Source: Alphaproteobacteria bacterium
GTDB lineage: Bacteria; Pseudomonadota; Alphaproteobacteria; SHVZ01
Direction of reading: 5' to 3'
Length of the DNA: 47,491 nt
Assembly (NCBI GenBank): GCA_964201945.1
Contig: CAXNIC010000002.1
Location: 1 to 47,491, forward strand
Part shown: piece by piece, positions 18,841 to 27,177 of the stretch
How the letters are laid out: every line of letters starts with the position of its first letter
Position numbering within the stretch: position 1 is the first letter of the stretch
Position numbers and translations under genes: made by a program
Notes under the pieces: model-generated
What the model was told of the DNA's origin: nothing
The model's input: the letters and a program-made list of their open reading frames with translations, nothing else
The model's database searches: none

Positions 18841-20400
18841 CTACTTCGCGCGAACACCCATCGCCAAGGTGTTGCTGTCGGTCCGGACCTTGTACTCGAG
18901 ACCCTTCCGCGTCGCCCAGACATTGGTCGAGAAGTACAGCGGCAGCACGGCGTGGTCCTTGATCGCGGCGTCGGTGGCGGCGATCAGCAGCGCCTCGCGC
19001 CTGGCGTCGTCGACCGTCACCAGCGCCTGGTCGATCAGCTCGTCCACCTTGGGATTGCCGTAGCGGCCGCGGTTGGACGCACCGAAGCCTGCCGACGGGA
19101 TCACCGTGTGGACGAGGGCGCCCAGCGTATCCGAGGCCTCGCCGGTGCCGGCTCCCCAGCTGTGCAGCATGGCCGCCAGCTCGCTCTTGCCGGCGCGGGT
19201 GAGGTAGATCGTGTGCGGCATGGTCTCGACCTTCACCTGCAGGCCGAGGCGGGTCCACCATTGCGCCACGGTCTGCACGACATTGGCGGCGTTCGCGACC
19301 CGGTCATGCGAGGTGTACAGCGGCAGCTTGAAGCCGTCCGGGTATCCGGCCTCCTTCAGCAGCTGCTTCGCCGCCTCGATATCCGATGTCTCAAGCGCCA
19401 GGTTCGGGCTGCGGCCGAAGAGTCCGGCCGGCAGCAGCTGGTCGGCGGGAAGGCCGTCGCCTTCGAGCACGCGCTCGACGATCGCCTTCCGGTCGATCGC
19501 TTTCGATAGAGCCGCTCGCACGCGCGGGTCGCGCAGCGGGTTCTTCGCCAGCGCGGTTCCGTCCTTGGCCTCGACGCCGGGCAACGGTGTCTCGCTGGCG
19601 ACGTCCATCGACAGGAAGACCACGCGGTTCGATGCGCCTGACCAGACCTTGACTGCCTGGTTGCGTTCCAGATCGGCGCGGTTGGTCGAGGGGACGTCGG
19701 CGATCAGGTCGACGTCGCCGGCGAGCAGAGCGGCAACCCGAGCCGCCGGCGCCGGAATGATGCGGAGGTCGACCTTATCCCAGGGCTCGCGCTCGCCCCA
19801 GTAGCGATCGTTGCGCTTCAGCGTCAGACGCTCGCCGGTCGCCCATTCGGCGAAGGCGTAGGGGCCGGTGCCGATCATCGCCTTGCCGGAATTGTAGTCG
19901 GCCGTGGTCGCCTCGCGGCCGGCCTTGGCCGAGATGATCCAGACCTTGCTGAGATTCACCGGCAGCAGCGGATCCGGTCCCTTGGTACGGATGCGGATGG
20001 TGTGTGGGTCGATCACCTCGTAGTCGGCGACCGCCTTGAGATATCCAGCAAAGCTGCTGGGGCTGCGCGGCACGTCCGGCGCCCGCTTCAACGTGAAGGC
20101 CACATCCTCGGCGGTGAACGGCGAGCCGTCATGGAAGGCCACGCCCTGGCGCAGCTTGAACTCCCAGGTGCGGTCATCGATCGTGCGCCAGGACTCGGCC
20201 AGGCTCGGCTTGATCCGCTGCGCCTCGTCCTGCCGGGTCAGCGCATCGAAGATGTGTGAGGAGTTCGAGTTGTTCTGGCCGTTGTTGTGGAAATGCGGGT
20301 CGATTGCCGTCGGCGGCACGGCGAGCCCGATGCGGAGATCGGCGGCGGAGGCCGCGACGGGAAGGAGAGCGGCCAGGACGGCCGAGGACAAACGCAGCAT
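18841..20400 (-). CDS. ABC transporter substrate-binding protein, family 5 (no cognate permease adjacent)
   Basis: ATG 20398-20400 shares 1 nt with the amidase stop (GTGATG). Sec signal [19 protein letters not shown]|A. Motifs SLAESWRTIDDRTWEFKLRQGVAFHDGS and GTGPYAF. Confidence 0.85.
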   Translation of the reverse strand: MLRLSSAVLAALLPVAASAADLRIGLAVPPTAIDPHFHNNGQNNSNSSHIFDALTRQDEAQRIKPSLAESWRTIDDRTWEFKLRQGVAFHDGSPFTAEDVAFTLKRAPDVPRSPSSFAGYLKAVADYEVIDPHTIRIRTKGPDPLLPVNLSKVWIISAKAGREATTADYNSGKAMIGTGPYAFAEWATGERLTLKRNDRYWGEREPWDKVDLRIIPAPAARVAALLAGDVDLIADVPSTNRADLERNQAVKVWSGASNRVVFLSMDVASETPLPGVEAKDGTALAKNPLRDPRVRAALSKAIDRKAIVERVLEGDGLPADQLLPAGLFGRSPNLALETSDIEAAKQLLKEAGYPDGFKLPLYTSHDRVANAANVVQTVAQWWTRLGLQVKVETMPHTIYLTRAGKSELAAMLHSWGAGTGEASDTLGALVHTVIPSAGFGASNRGRYGNPKVDELIDQALVTVDDARREALLIAATDAAIKDHAVLPLYFSTNVWATRKGLEYKVRTDSNTLAMGVRAK

Positions 20401-21812
20401 CACACCACCTCTTCAGGAAGACGCGAGAATTCGGGCCGGCGGCGATGCTCGGGCGTCGCCTGCTCATAGGCATGGGCCGCGGCGAGCAAGGTCGCCTCGT
20501 CGAAGGGAGTGGCAGCCAGCTGGATCGCCAGCGGCAGGCCCTCCGGCGTGAAGCCGCTGCACATCGTCAGGGCAGGACAGCCGGTGACGTTGAACGGTGC
20601 GGTCAGCGACGGCTTTTCCAGGCTGGTGCGGATCGTTTCGATCAACGGCGCCGGTCCGGTGTTGCCGGCTGTCGCCAGTACGTCGACCCGCTCGAAGACT
20701 TTGAGCATCTCGCGCGACAGGCGTCGGCGCCAGCGATGGGCCTGGACATGGTCGATCGCGGCGATGGTCGGAGCCGCCAGCACGCGGAAGCGGAAGTTCT
20801 CGCCGAACTCGGCAAGGCGCGTCTTCAGCTCGGGCTCATAGGCGGCATGCAACTCGGGCATCGAGATCAGCGTCTTGCAGGCGGCGTAGTCCTCGAGCGG
20901 AGACAGGCGGACCTCGATGATCTTGGCGCCGAGACCCGCCAGCACGTCGAGCGCGGCTTCCAGAGAGGCAACGGAGGCTGGGGAGACCTTGGCGTCGGTC
21001 TCGTGGAAATGGCGGACGACGCCGATGCGAAACCCGCGGATCGGCCGGCCGATCGCCGCCGCCCAATCAGTGACGGGCTTGTCGACGCTGGCCGGATCGT
21101 CGGGATCGAAGCCGGCGACTGCACCGAGTAGCAGTGCCGCATCGCGCACGTTGCCGGCGAGCGGGCCGGCGTGATCCAGCGAGTATGAGTTCGGCATGAT
21201 GCCGCGGAGGCTGACGCGGCCATGGGTCGGCTTGAGGCCGACGACGCCGCAGAGCGCGGCCGGGCTGCGGATCGAGCCGCCGGTGTCGGTCCCGATGGCA
21301 CCGAAGCAGAGCCCGGCAGCGACCGCTGCGCCGGCACCGCTGGAGGAACCCCCGGTGTAGCGCGTGGTATCCCAGGGATTGCGCGCCGGCGGCCAGGGCA
21401 GGTCGAAGGAGGGGCCACCATGGGCGAGTTCGTGGCAGGTAAGCTTGCCGAGAAGGATCGTGCCCGCATCCCGCAACCGCGCGGCGACCGCGGCGTCGCG
21501 GCCGGGGATGCGGTCCTGGAATACACGCGAGCAGCCGGTGGTCGGGATCCCCGACGTGTCGATCACGTCCTTGAGTGCGATCGGAACGCCGTGCAGCGGT
21601 CCGCGGCGACGTCCGTCGCGGATCTCGTGCTCGGCCCGGCGTGCATCGGTGAGGGCGCGATCGCGGGTGACAACGACATAGGCATGGAGCAGCGGATCGA
21701 TCCGCTCGATGCGGTGGAGGACCGCCAAAGTCAGTTCGTAAGGCGACAGCGCCCCCTTGGCGATGAGCGCACCGGCTTCGGCGGCGGAGAGGCGGCAGAG
21801 ATCGTCGCTCAT
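20400..21812 (-). CDS. Amidase-signature family amidohydrolase (GatA/AtzE-like)
   Basis: ORF 20400..22118 trimmed to ATG 21812 ([20 protein letters not shown]...). Amidase signature [14 protein letters not shown]...[16 protein letters not shown]. Lys region IALKDVID. Confidence 0.85.
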   Translation of the reverse strand: MSDDLCRLSAAEAGALIAKGALSPYELTLAVLHRIERIDPLLHAYVVVTRDRALTDARRAEHEIRDGRRRGPLHGVPIALKDVIDTSGIPTTGCSRVFQDRIPGRDAAVAARLRDAGTILLGKLTCHELAHGGPSFDLPWPPARNPWDTTRYTGGSSSGAGAAVAAGLCFGAIGTDTGGSIRSPAALCGVVGLKPTHGRVSLRGIMPNSYSLDHAGPLAGNVRDAALLLGAVAGFDPDDPASVDKPVTDWAAAIGRPIRGFRIGVVRHFHETDAKVSPASVASLEAALDVLAGLGAKIIEVRLSPLEDYAACKTLISMPELHAAYEPELKTRLAEFGENFRFRVLAAPTIAAIDHVQAHRWRRRLSREMLKVFERVDVLATAGNTGPAPLIETIRTSLEKPSLTAPFNVTGCPALTMCSGFTPEGLPLAIQLAATPFDEATLLAAAHAYEQATPEHRRRPEFSRLPEEVV

Positions 21813-22000
21813 GGCCGCCAGGGCTGGGAGGGAGCATGGGCCGGCGTCTCCGCCGGAGCGAGGTCGCCGGGCAGGCGTTCGCGGAACCGCGCGACATGCG
21901 CGGCGGCCCGAACCATGCCGTCGAGCATGGCCTCGTCGACCGCAAGCCCTCGGCTCTGCGCCAGGGCTTTCAGTTCCGCGCGCCGCTCGGCTTCGCTCAT
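21809..22000 (-). CDS. Small 63-aa protein, candidate AtzG/GatC-like partner subunit of the amidase
   Basis: Not listed as its own ORF; it is the tail of the 241-aa track ORF 21809..22534. Sequence: [63 protein letters not shown]. Its ATG (22000-21998) overlaps the pip stop (ATGA), and its TGA overlaps the amidase ATG (ATGA). Confidence 0.55.
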   Translation of the reverse strand: MSEAERRAELKALAQSRGLAVDEAMLDGMVRAAAHVARFRERLPGDLAPAETPAHAPSQPWRP

Positions 22001-22974
22001 GGCCGCAGCCGATCGGCGAGGCGGTTTGCGGCGGCGACCAGGACCGGCCTGATGGCCGGATCGAAGGCGGAGTGACCACCCGTCGGCACCTGGATGAACT
22101 CCGCCTCCGGCCAGGCACGCGCCAGGCGCTGCGCGGTGATGACCGGCGAGATCAGGTCGAGGCGGCCGTGCACGATCACCGCCGGCAGATGGCGCAGGCG
22201 GTCGACCTTGGCGAACACCTCGTCTTCCGGGATGAAGCCGCGGTTTCGGTAGTAGTGCGTCTGGATGCGCGATTTGGCGAGCGAGTCCAGGCTGTCGCCA
22301 ACATCGGCCTCTTCCGGCGTCAGCGGCGGCAGGTGCTCGCACATCTTCTCGTAAGTCTTCCAGCGTCGCGCCGCCGGCATATGGATCGCAGGGTCTGGGT
22401 CGTGGATGCGCGCATGGTATGCCGCGAGAATGTCGGTGCGCTCGGCCTCGTTCAGCGGCTCGACCAGGAACTCCCAGGCTTCCGGCAGAAGGAAGCGACG
22501 ATGGTAGAGGTTCCAGTCGAGCTTGCCCGGCCACCAGAGGCCGATGCCGCGAAGCAGGAAGCCGAGGCAGTGATCGGTATGCTCCTCGCCATACATGATG
22601 CCGAGCGTGCTGCCCCAGGAGCCGCCGAAGACCAGCCAGCGTTCGATGCCGAGATGGCGGCGCAGCCGCTCGATGTCGTCGATCAGGTGATAGGCGGTGT
22701 TGTTCGTGACATCGGCGAGCGGCGTCGAGCGACCGGCGCCGCGCTGGTCGAGCAGAATGATGCGATAGACGTCCGGGTCGAAGTAGCGGCGCTGCCGGGG
22801 TGACGAGCCGGAGCCGGGGCCGCCGTGCAGCACGACGACCGGCAATCCGTCGGCGCGACCGGACTCTTCCCAGTACATCGTGTGGCGCGCATCCAGTTCC
22901 AGCATGCCGGTCCGGCGCGGCTCGATCTCCGGGAAGAGATCGCGGGGAGGTGTCGAGGAGTCGAAGGCGTTCAC
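21997..22974 (-). CDS. pip: Prolyl aminopeptidase (proline iminopeptidase), alpha/beta hydrolase
   Basis: Motifs: VVVLHGGPGSG, LDQRGAGRS, nucleophile elbow GGSWGS, C-terminal GGHSAFD. Length 325 aa is typical for this enzyme. Confidence 0.85.
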   Translation of the reverse strand: MNAFDSSTPPRDLFPEIEPRRTGMLELDARHTMYWEESGRADGLPVVVLHGGPGSGSSPRQRRYFDPDVYRIILLDQRGAGRSTPLADVTNNTAYHLIDDIERLRRHLGIERWLVFGGSWGSTLGIMYGEEHTDHCLGFLLRGIGLWWPGKLDWNLYHRRFLLPEAWEFLVEPLNEAERTDILAAYHARIHDPDPAIHMPAARRWKTYEKMCEHLPPLTPEEADVGDSLDSLAKSRIQTHYYRNRGFIPEDEVFAKVDRLRHLPAVIVHGRLDLISPVITAQRLARAWPEAEFIQVPTGGHSAFDPAIRPVLVAAANRLADRLRP

Positions 22975-23117
22975 CGCGTCAATTTATGACCCTGAGGCGC
23001 GGGTTGCCACCTGTCCGTTTCACGCTCTCGTGACATCGTCCGGCTGATCTGGTCCGCCGACCGCCTGCGTAGTTCCGGATAGCTTCGTCGCCTGACGCCC
23101 CCTGACGGCGGCGAGTG

Positions 23118-23153
23118 GTGGGCGGCGGCACGCCGGTGGTCGCCGCCGCCCAC
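23118..23153 (-). terminator. Stem-loop immediately downstream of the full-length (uninterrupted) GNAT reading frame
   Basis: Perfect 12-bp stem GTGGGCGGCGGC / GCCGCCGCCCAC with a 12-nt loop, 4 nt beyond the TAA at 23157-23159. No T-tract. Confidence 0.4.
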
Positions 23154-23156
23154 GCC

Positions 23157-23654
23157 TTAACCTCGGCTCTTTGCGGCACGCGCAATCTTCTCCTTCGGCC
23201 ACCACATGGTGGTGCCGAGGCGCCAGTGCCTGGCGCCGAGCGAGGCGTAGAAGGCCTAGGCGCCGCGGTTGCCGGAATGGACGCGCCAGAGGATCTCGAG
23301 CGCGTCGACCCGCTTGCACTCCTTCGCCATCGCCGCCATCAGGGCGCGGCCGACGCCAAGCCGGCGGGCCTCGGGCGCGACGTAGAGATCGGAGAGGTAG
23401 AGGACGCGGGCCGCATCGTCGACCTCGTAGCCCCGATGATGCAGCGCATAGCCGGCGGGTTTGCCGTCGACGGTGGCGACGAACACGCCGAACCAGCGGT
23501 CGCGGCCGAAGCCGTTCTTCAGCACCTTGGCTGCGGTGATCCGGCCCGGCGCCGGCTCGCCATGCGCCTGGATGTGCTGGATCAGCTCTCGCATCATGCG
23601 GACCACGGCCGGCACGTCGGCCCGCCGCATGGCGCGGACGGCGACCCGGCTCAT
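23157..23654 (-). pseudogene. GNAT-family N-acetyltransferase interrupted by an in-frame TAG (23256-23258)
   Basis: The 132-aa ORF 23256..23654 ends ...WRVHSGNRGA*. The same frame continues AFYASLGARHWRLGTTMWWPKEKIARAAKSRG* to TAA 23157. The upstream paralog reads ...ENAPALAFYERIGARAW at the aligned position, so the stop replaces a Leu. Acetyl-CoA motif RRLGVGRALM. Confidence 0.6.
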
Positions 23655-24130
23655 GGCCGGTACTCGTCGAGCTTCAGGTACATGATGCGGTTCCGGGTCC
23701 AGGCGCGGGCACCGATGCGTTCGTAGAAGGCGAGGGCGGGCGCGTTTTCCGGCTCGACGTTCCAGACGATCTCGCCGACGCCGAGCTCGCGGCCGAGCGC
23801 CACCAGCGCCGCAACCAGGGCGCTTGCCACTCCGCGGCGCCGGCCGGCGGGTGCCACATAGAGATCGGCCAGGCGGATCTGGCGGACGGCGTCCTCGACG
23901 TCGTATCCCCGGTACCAGGCGGCGTAGCCGGCCGGGACGTCGTCGATCTGTGCGATGAGCGCGTTGATCCAGCCATCGCGCTTGAGACCGTCGGCGAGCA
24001 GGATCTCTTTGGTGATCCGATCCTCGACCTTATGGCCGAGGGCGCGGATCTCCTGGCTGAGGCCGCGCATCATCTCGACCAGCACCGCGGCGTCGCGCCG
24101 GCGGGCCGGACGGACGACGACAAGGCTCAT
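23651..24130 (-). CDS. GNAT-family N-acetyltransferase
   Basis: ORF 23651..24184 trimmed to ATG 24130 (MSLVVVRPARRRD...). Motifs RRRGVASALV and ALAFYERIGA. Its stop overlaps the start of the downstream paralog (ATGA). Confidence 0.8.
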   Translation of the reverse strand: MSLVVVRPARRRDAAVLVEMMRGLSQEIRALGHKVEDRITKEILLADGLKRDGWINALIAQIDDVPAGYAAWYRGYDVEDAVRQIRLADLYVAPAGRRRGVASALVAALVALGRELGVGEIVWNVEPENAPALAFYERIGARAWTRNRIMYLKLDEYRP

Positions 24131-24329
24131 GTCAAAGCGAGGATGAGGACGGCAGCGGCAACCAAGCCGAAGGGCAGGATCCACGCGCTCCGCGACCGGC
24201 TGGGCAGCGGGACGAGATTGTCGTTGGCGGCGACCGCCGTCGGCGCGGCCCCGGCATAGGCCGAGGCGCGCCGGTGGGGAAGAATCCGGTGCGGATCGCG
24301 CCGCCCGGCCTGGCGTCGAGCCCAGACGC

Positions 24330-25643
24330 TCAACGGCGCTTCTCGACCGGGACGTAGGGGCGCTGGGTCGCGCCGGTGTAGAGCTGGCGCGGCCGGCCGA
24401 TCTTCTGCTGCGGGTCCTCGATCATCTCGCGCCACTGTGCGACCCAGCCGACGGTGCGGGCCAGCGCGAAGATCGCGGTGAACATCGAGGTCGGGATGCC
24501 CATCGCCTTCAGGATGATGCCCGAGTAGAAGTCGACGTTCGGGTAGAGCTTGCGCTGGACGAAGTAGTCGTCCTGCAGCGCCACCTTCTCCAGCTCCATC
24601 GCGACGTCGAGCAGCGGATCCTTGATCCCGAGCTCGCCCAGGACCTCATGACAGGTCTTCTGCATGATCTTGGCGCGCGGATCGAAGTTCTTGTAGACGC
24701 GGTGGCCGAAGCCCATCAGGCGGAAGTTGTCGTCCTTGTTCTTGGCGCGCTTGACCGCTTCGCCGACCTTATCCTTGGAGCCGATCTCGGCCAGCATCTC
24801 CAGCACCGCTTCGTTGGCACCGCCATGCGCCGGACCCCAGAGGGAGGCGATGCCGGCGGCGATGCAGGCGAAGGGATTGGCACCGGAGGATCCGGCCAGA
24901 CGGACGGTCGAGGTCGACGCATTCTGCTCGTGGTCGGCATGCAGGATGAAGATGCGGTCCATGGCCTTGGCCAGGACCGGGCTCATCTTGTAGTCCTCGC
25001 AGGGAATGCCGAACATCATGTAGAGGAAGTTCTCGGCATAGCTCAGCTTGTTCTGCGGATACATGAACGGCTGGCCAACCGAATACTTGTAGGCCATGGC
25101 GGCGATCGTCGGCATCTTGGCGATCAGCCGGTAGGAGGCGATCTCGCGCTGGCGCGGATCGGTGATGTCAGTGGAGTCGTGGTAGAAGGCTGCCATCGCG
25201 CCGACGACGCCGCACATCACCGCCATCGGGTGCGCGTCGCGGCGGAAGCCCCGCCAGAACTGCGTCATCTGCTCGTGAACCATCGTGTGATAGGTCACGT
25301 TCTTCACGAACCCGGCCTTCTGGTCGCCCGTCGGCAGCTCGCCGTTCAGGATCAGATAGGCGACTTCGAGGAAATCACCCTTCTCAGCCAGCTCGTCGAT
25401 GGCGTAGCCGCGATGCAGCAGGATGCCCTGGTCGCCGTCGATGTAGGTGATCTTGGATTCGCAGCTGCCGGTCGAGGTGTAGCCCGGGTCGTAGGTGAAG
25501 TAGCCGGTGTCGTTGTAGAGCTTGCGGACGTCAATGACGCTCGGGCCGACCGAGCCGTCGACGATCGGAAGCTGCGTGACCTTGCCGTCGGGGCCGGTCA
25601 GGGTGGCGATCTTGTTCGAGCCGGCGGGCTTGGCTGCGGTCAT
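24330..25643 (-). CDS. gltA: Citrate synthase (type II)
   Basis: ORF trimmed to ATG 25643, with GAGGA 8 nt upstream. Motifs: [37 protein letters not shown]. Confidence 0.93.
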   Translation of the reverse strand: MTAAKPAGSNKIATLTGPDGKVTQLPIVDGSVGPSVIDVRKLYNDTGYFTYDPGYTSTGSCESKITYIDGDQGILLHRGYAIDELAEKGDFLEVAYLILNGELPTGDQKAGFVKNVTYHTMVHEQMTQFWRGFRRDAHPMAVMCGVVGAMAAFYHDSTDITDPRQREIASYRLIAKMPTIAAMAYKYSVGQPFMYPQNKLSYAENFLYMMFGIPCEDYKMSPVLAKAMDRIFILHADHEQNASTSTVRLAGSSGANPFACIAAGIASLWGPAHGGANEAVLEMLAEIGSKDKVGEAVKRAKNKDDNFRLMGFGHRVYKNFDPRAKIMQKTCHEVLGELGIKDPLLDVAMELEKVALQDDYFVQRKLYPNVDFYSGIILKAMGIPTSMFTAIFALARTVGWVAQWREMIEDPQQKIGRPRQLYTGATQRPYVPVEKRR

Positions 25644-25730
25644 GGGGAAGTCCTCGCGAATGGAATATCGTAAGAGAAACATACGCCCGGCACGCTGCCA
25701 AGCGGTTTGCTGCGCTGCGGAAACGCCCGC

Positions 25731-27119
25731 TTAGGCCTGACCCGCGGCGTCGGCGATGCGGCCGAGGGCCTCTTCCCGGCCGAGGACCGCCGCCACCTCG
25801 AATATCCCAGGTGACGTGGTCTCGCCGGCAAGCGCGGCGCGGAGCGGCTGGGCCACCTGGCCGAGCTTGACCTTGGCCTCCTCGACGAACTGCCGGACGG
25901 CGGCTTCCAGGGCGGATTCGGAGAAGTCGGTCGCCGCCAGGGCCGGCTGCACCTTGCCCAGCAGCGCCCTGGCGTCCGGGGTCAGGAGCGCCTGGGCCTT
26001 CACCGAGATCGGGATCGGGCGTTTCGCCGTATAGAAACGGGCGTTTTCCGCCAGCTCTATGACCGTCTTCGCCCGCTGCTTCAGGCCGTTCATGCCGCGC
26101 TTGATGCGGGCGAGGCCCGCGGGGTCGACGTCCTTCAGCTGCTCGGCCACCAAGCCGGTCAGCCGCGCATTGTCCGCCTCGCGGATGTAGTGGCCGTTCA
26201 GGTTGTCGAGCTTCGCCATGTCCAGGCGGGCAGCGCTGCGGCCGACATCCTTGATGTCGAACCACTGGATCGCCTGTTCGGTCGAGATGATCTCGTCGTC
26301 GCCATGGCCCCAACCCAGGCGCAGCAGGTAGTTGCGCATGGTCTCGGGCAGGTAGCCCAGGTCGCGATAGGCCTCGAGGCCGAGCGCGCCGTGGCGCTTC
26401 GACAGCTTGGCACCGTCCGGCCCGTGGATCAGCGGCACATGGGCGAACAGCGGCGCCGTCCAGCCGCAGGCCTGGTAGAGCTGGAATTGGCGGAACGCGT
26501 TGTTCAGATGGTCGTCGCCGCGGATGACATGGGTGATGTTCATGTCGTGGTCGTCGACCACCACCGACAGCATGTAGGTCGGCGTGCCGTCGCCGCGCAG
26601 CAGCACCATGTCGTCGAGCACGTCGTTGGCGACAGTGACGCGACCCTGGACGAGGTCGTCGATCATGGTCTCGCCGGTCTGCGGCGCCTTCAGCCGGATC
26701 ACCGGGGGCACGTTCGGGATCCCGTCCTTGGGGTCGCGGTCGCGCCAGCGCCCGTCATAGCGCATCGGCTTGCCTTCGGCCCGGGCCTTGGCCCGCATCT
26801 CCTCCAGCTCCTCGGCGGTGCAATAGCAATGGTAGGCCTTGCCCTCGGCCAGGAGCTGGCGGGCGACCTCGGCATGCCGGCCGGCGCGGGAGAACTGCAT
26901 GACGATCTCGTCGTCCCAGTCGAGGCCCAGCCATTTGAGCCCTTCGGGGATGAGCCTGATCGCCTCATCGGTCGAACGCGCGCGGTCGGTATCCTCGATC
27001 CTGAGGCGAAAAGTGCCGCCGAGACGGCGGGTGTAGAGCCAATTGAACAGGGCGGTGCGGGCGCCGCCGATGTGGAGGTAGCCGGTGGGCGAGGGGGCGA
27101 AGCGCGTGACGACGGTCAT
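25731..27119 (-). CDS. gltX: Glutamate--tRNA ligase
   Basis: Class I aaRS motifs: HIGH variant ([21 protein letters not shown]) and KMSKS variant (GAKLSKRHG). Confidence 0.93.
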   Translation of the reverse strand: MTVVTRFAPSPTGYLHIGGARTALFNWLYTRRLGGTFRLRIEDTDRARSTDEAIRLIPEGLKWLGLDWDDEIVMQFSRAGRHAEVARQLLAEGKAYHCYCTAEELEEMRAKARAEGKPMRYDGRWRDRDPKDGIPNVPPVIRLKAPQTGETMIDDLVQGRVTVANDVLDDMVLLRGDGTPTYMLSVVVDDHDMNITHVIRGDDHLNNAFRQFQLYQACGWTAPLFAHVPLIHGPDGAKLSKRHGALGLEAYRDLGYLPETMRNYLLRLGWGHGDDEIISTEQAIQWFDIKDVGRSAARLDMAKLDNLNGHYIREADNARLTGLVAEQLKDVDPAGLARIKRGMNGLKQRAKTVIELAENARFYTAKRPIPISVKAQALLTPDARALLGKVQPALAATDFSESALEAAVRQFVEEAKVKLGQVAQPLRAALAGETTSPGIFEVAAVLGREEALGRIADAAGQA

Positions 27120-27177
27120 GGTCTCGTGTCTGATGCTCGATGATGGCGCCTTTTAGCACATTGCCGAGGCCGGGCCA

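Noticed and set aside
17821-19509. 562-aa plus-strand ORF spanning the kinase 3' half and the antisense of the SBP gene.
   Set aside because: It crosses a convergent gene junction, its product is an Arg/Gly/Pro-rich shadow sequence, and both underlying genes have clear family signatures.
20400-22118. N-terminal extensions of track ORFs: amidase 572 aa, 1619..2977 at 452 aa, 5030..6460 at 476 aa, 12969..14099, 14889..16484, 43548..44702 and 41764..43497.
   Set aside because: The extensions are Arg/Pro-rich, overlap the upstream gene, and precede internal ATG/GTG codons that have RBS-like sequences or ATGA/GTGA overlaps and give family-typical N-termini.
24127-24435. 102-aa ORF ending in a hydrophobic segment (AWILPFGLVAAAVLILALT) whose TGA overlaps the GNAT start (ATGA). 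It could be a small membrane protein.
   Set aside because: There is no in-frame ATG/GTG/TTG start downstream of the gltA stop. The only start lies inside gltA, and the rest of the product is R/P/A-rich shadow-like sequence.
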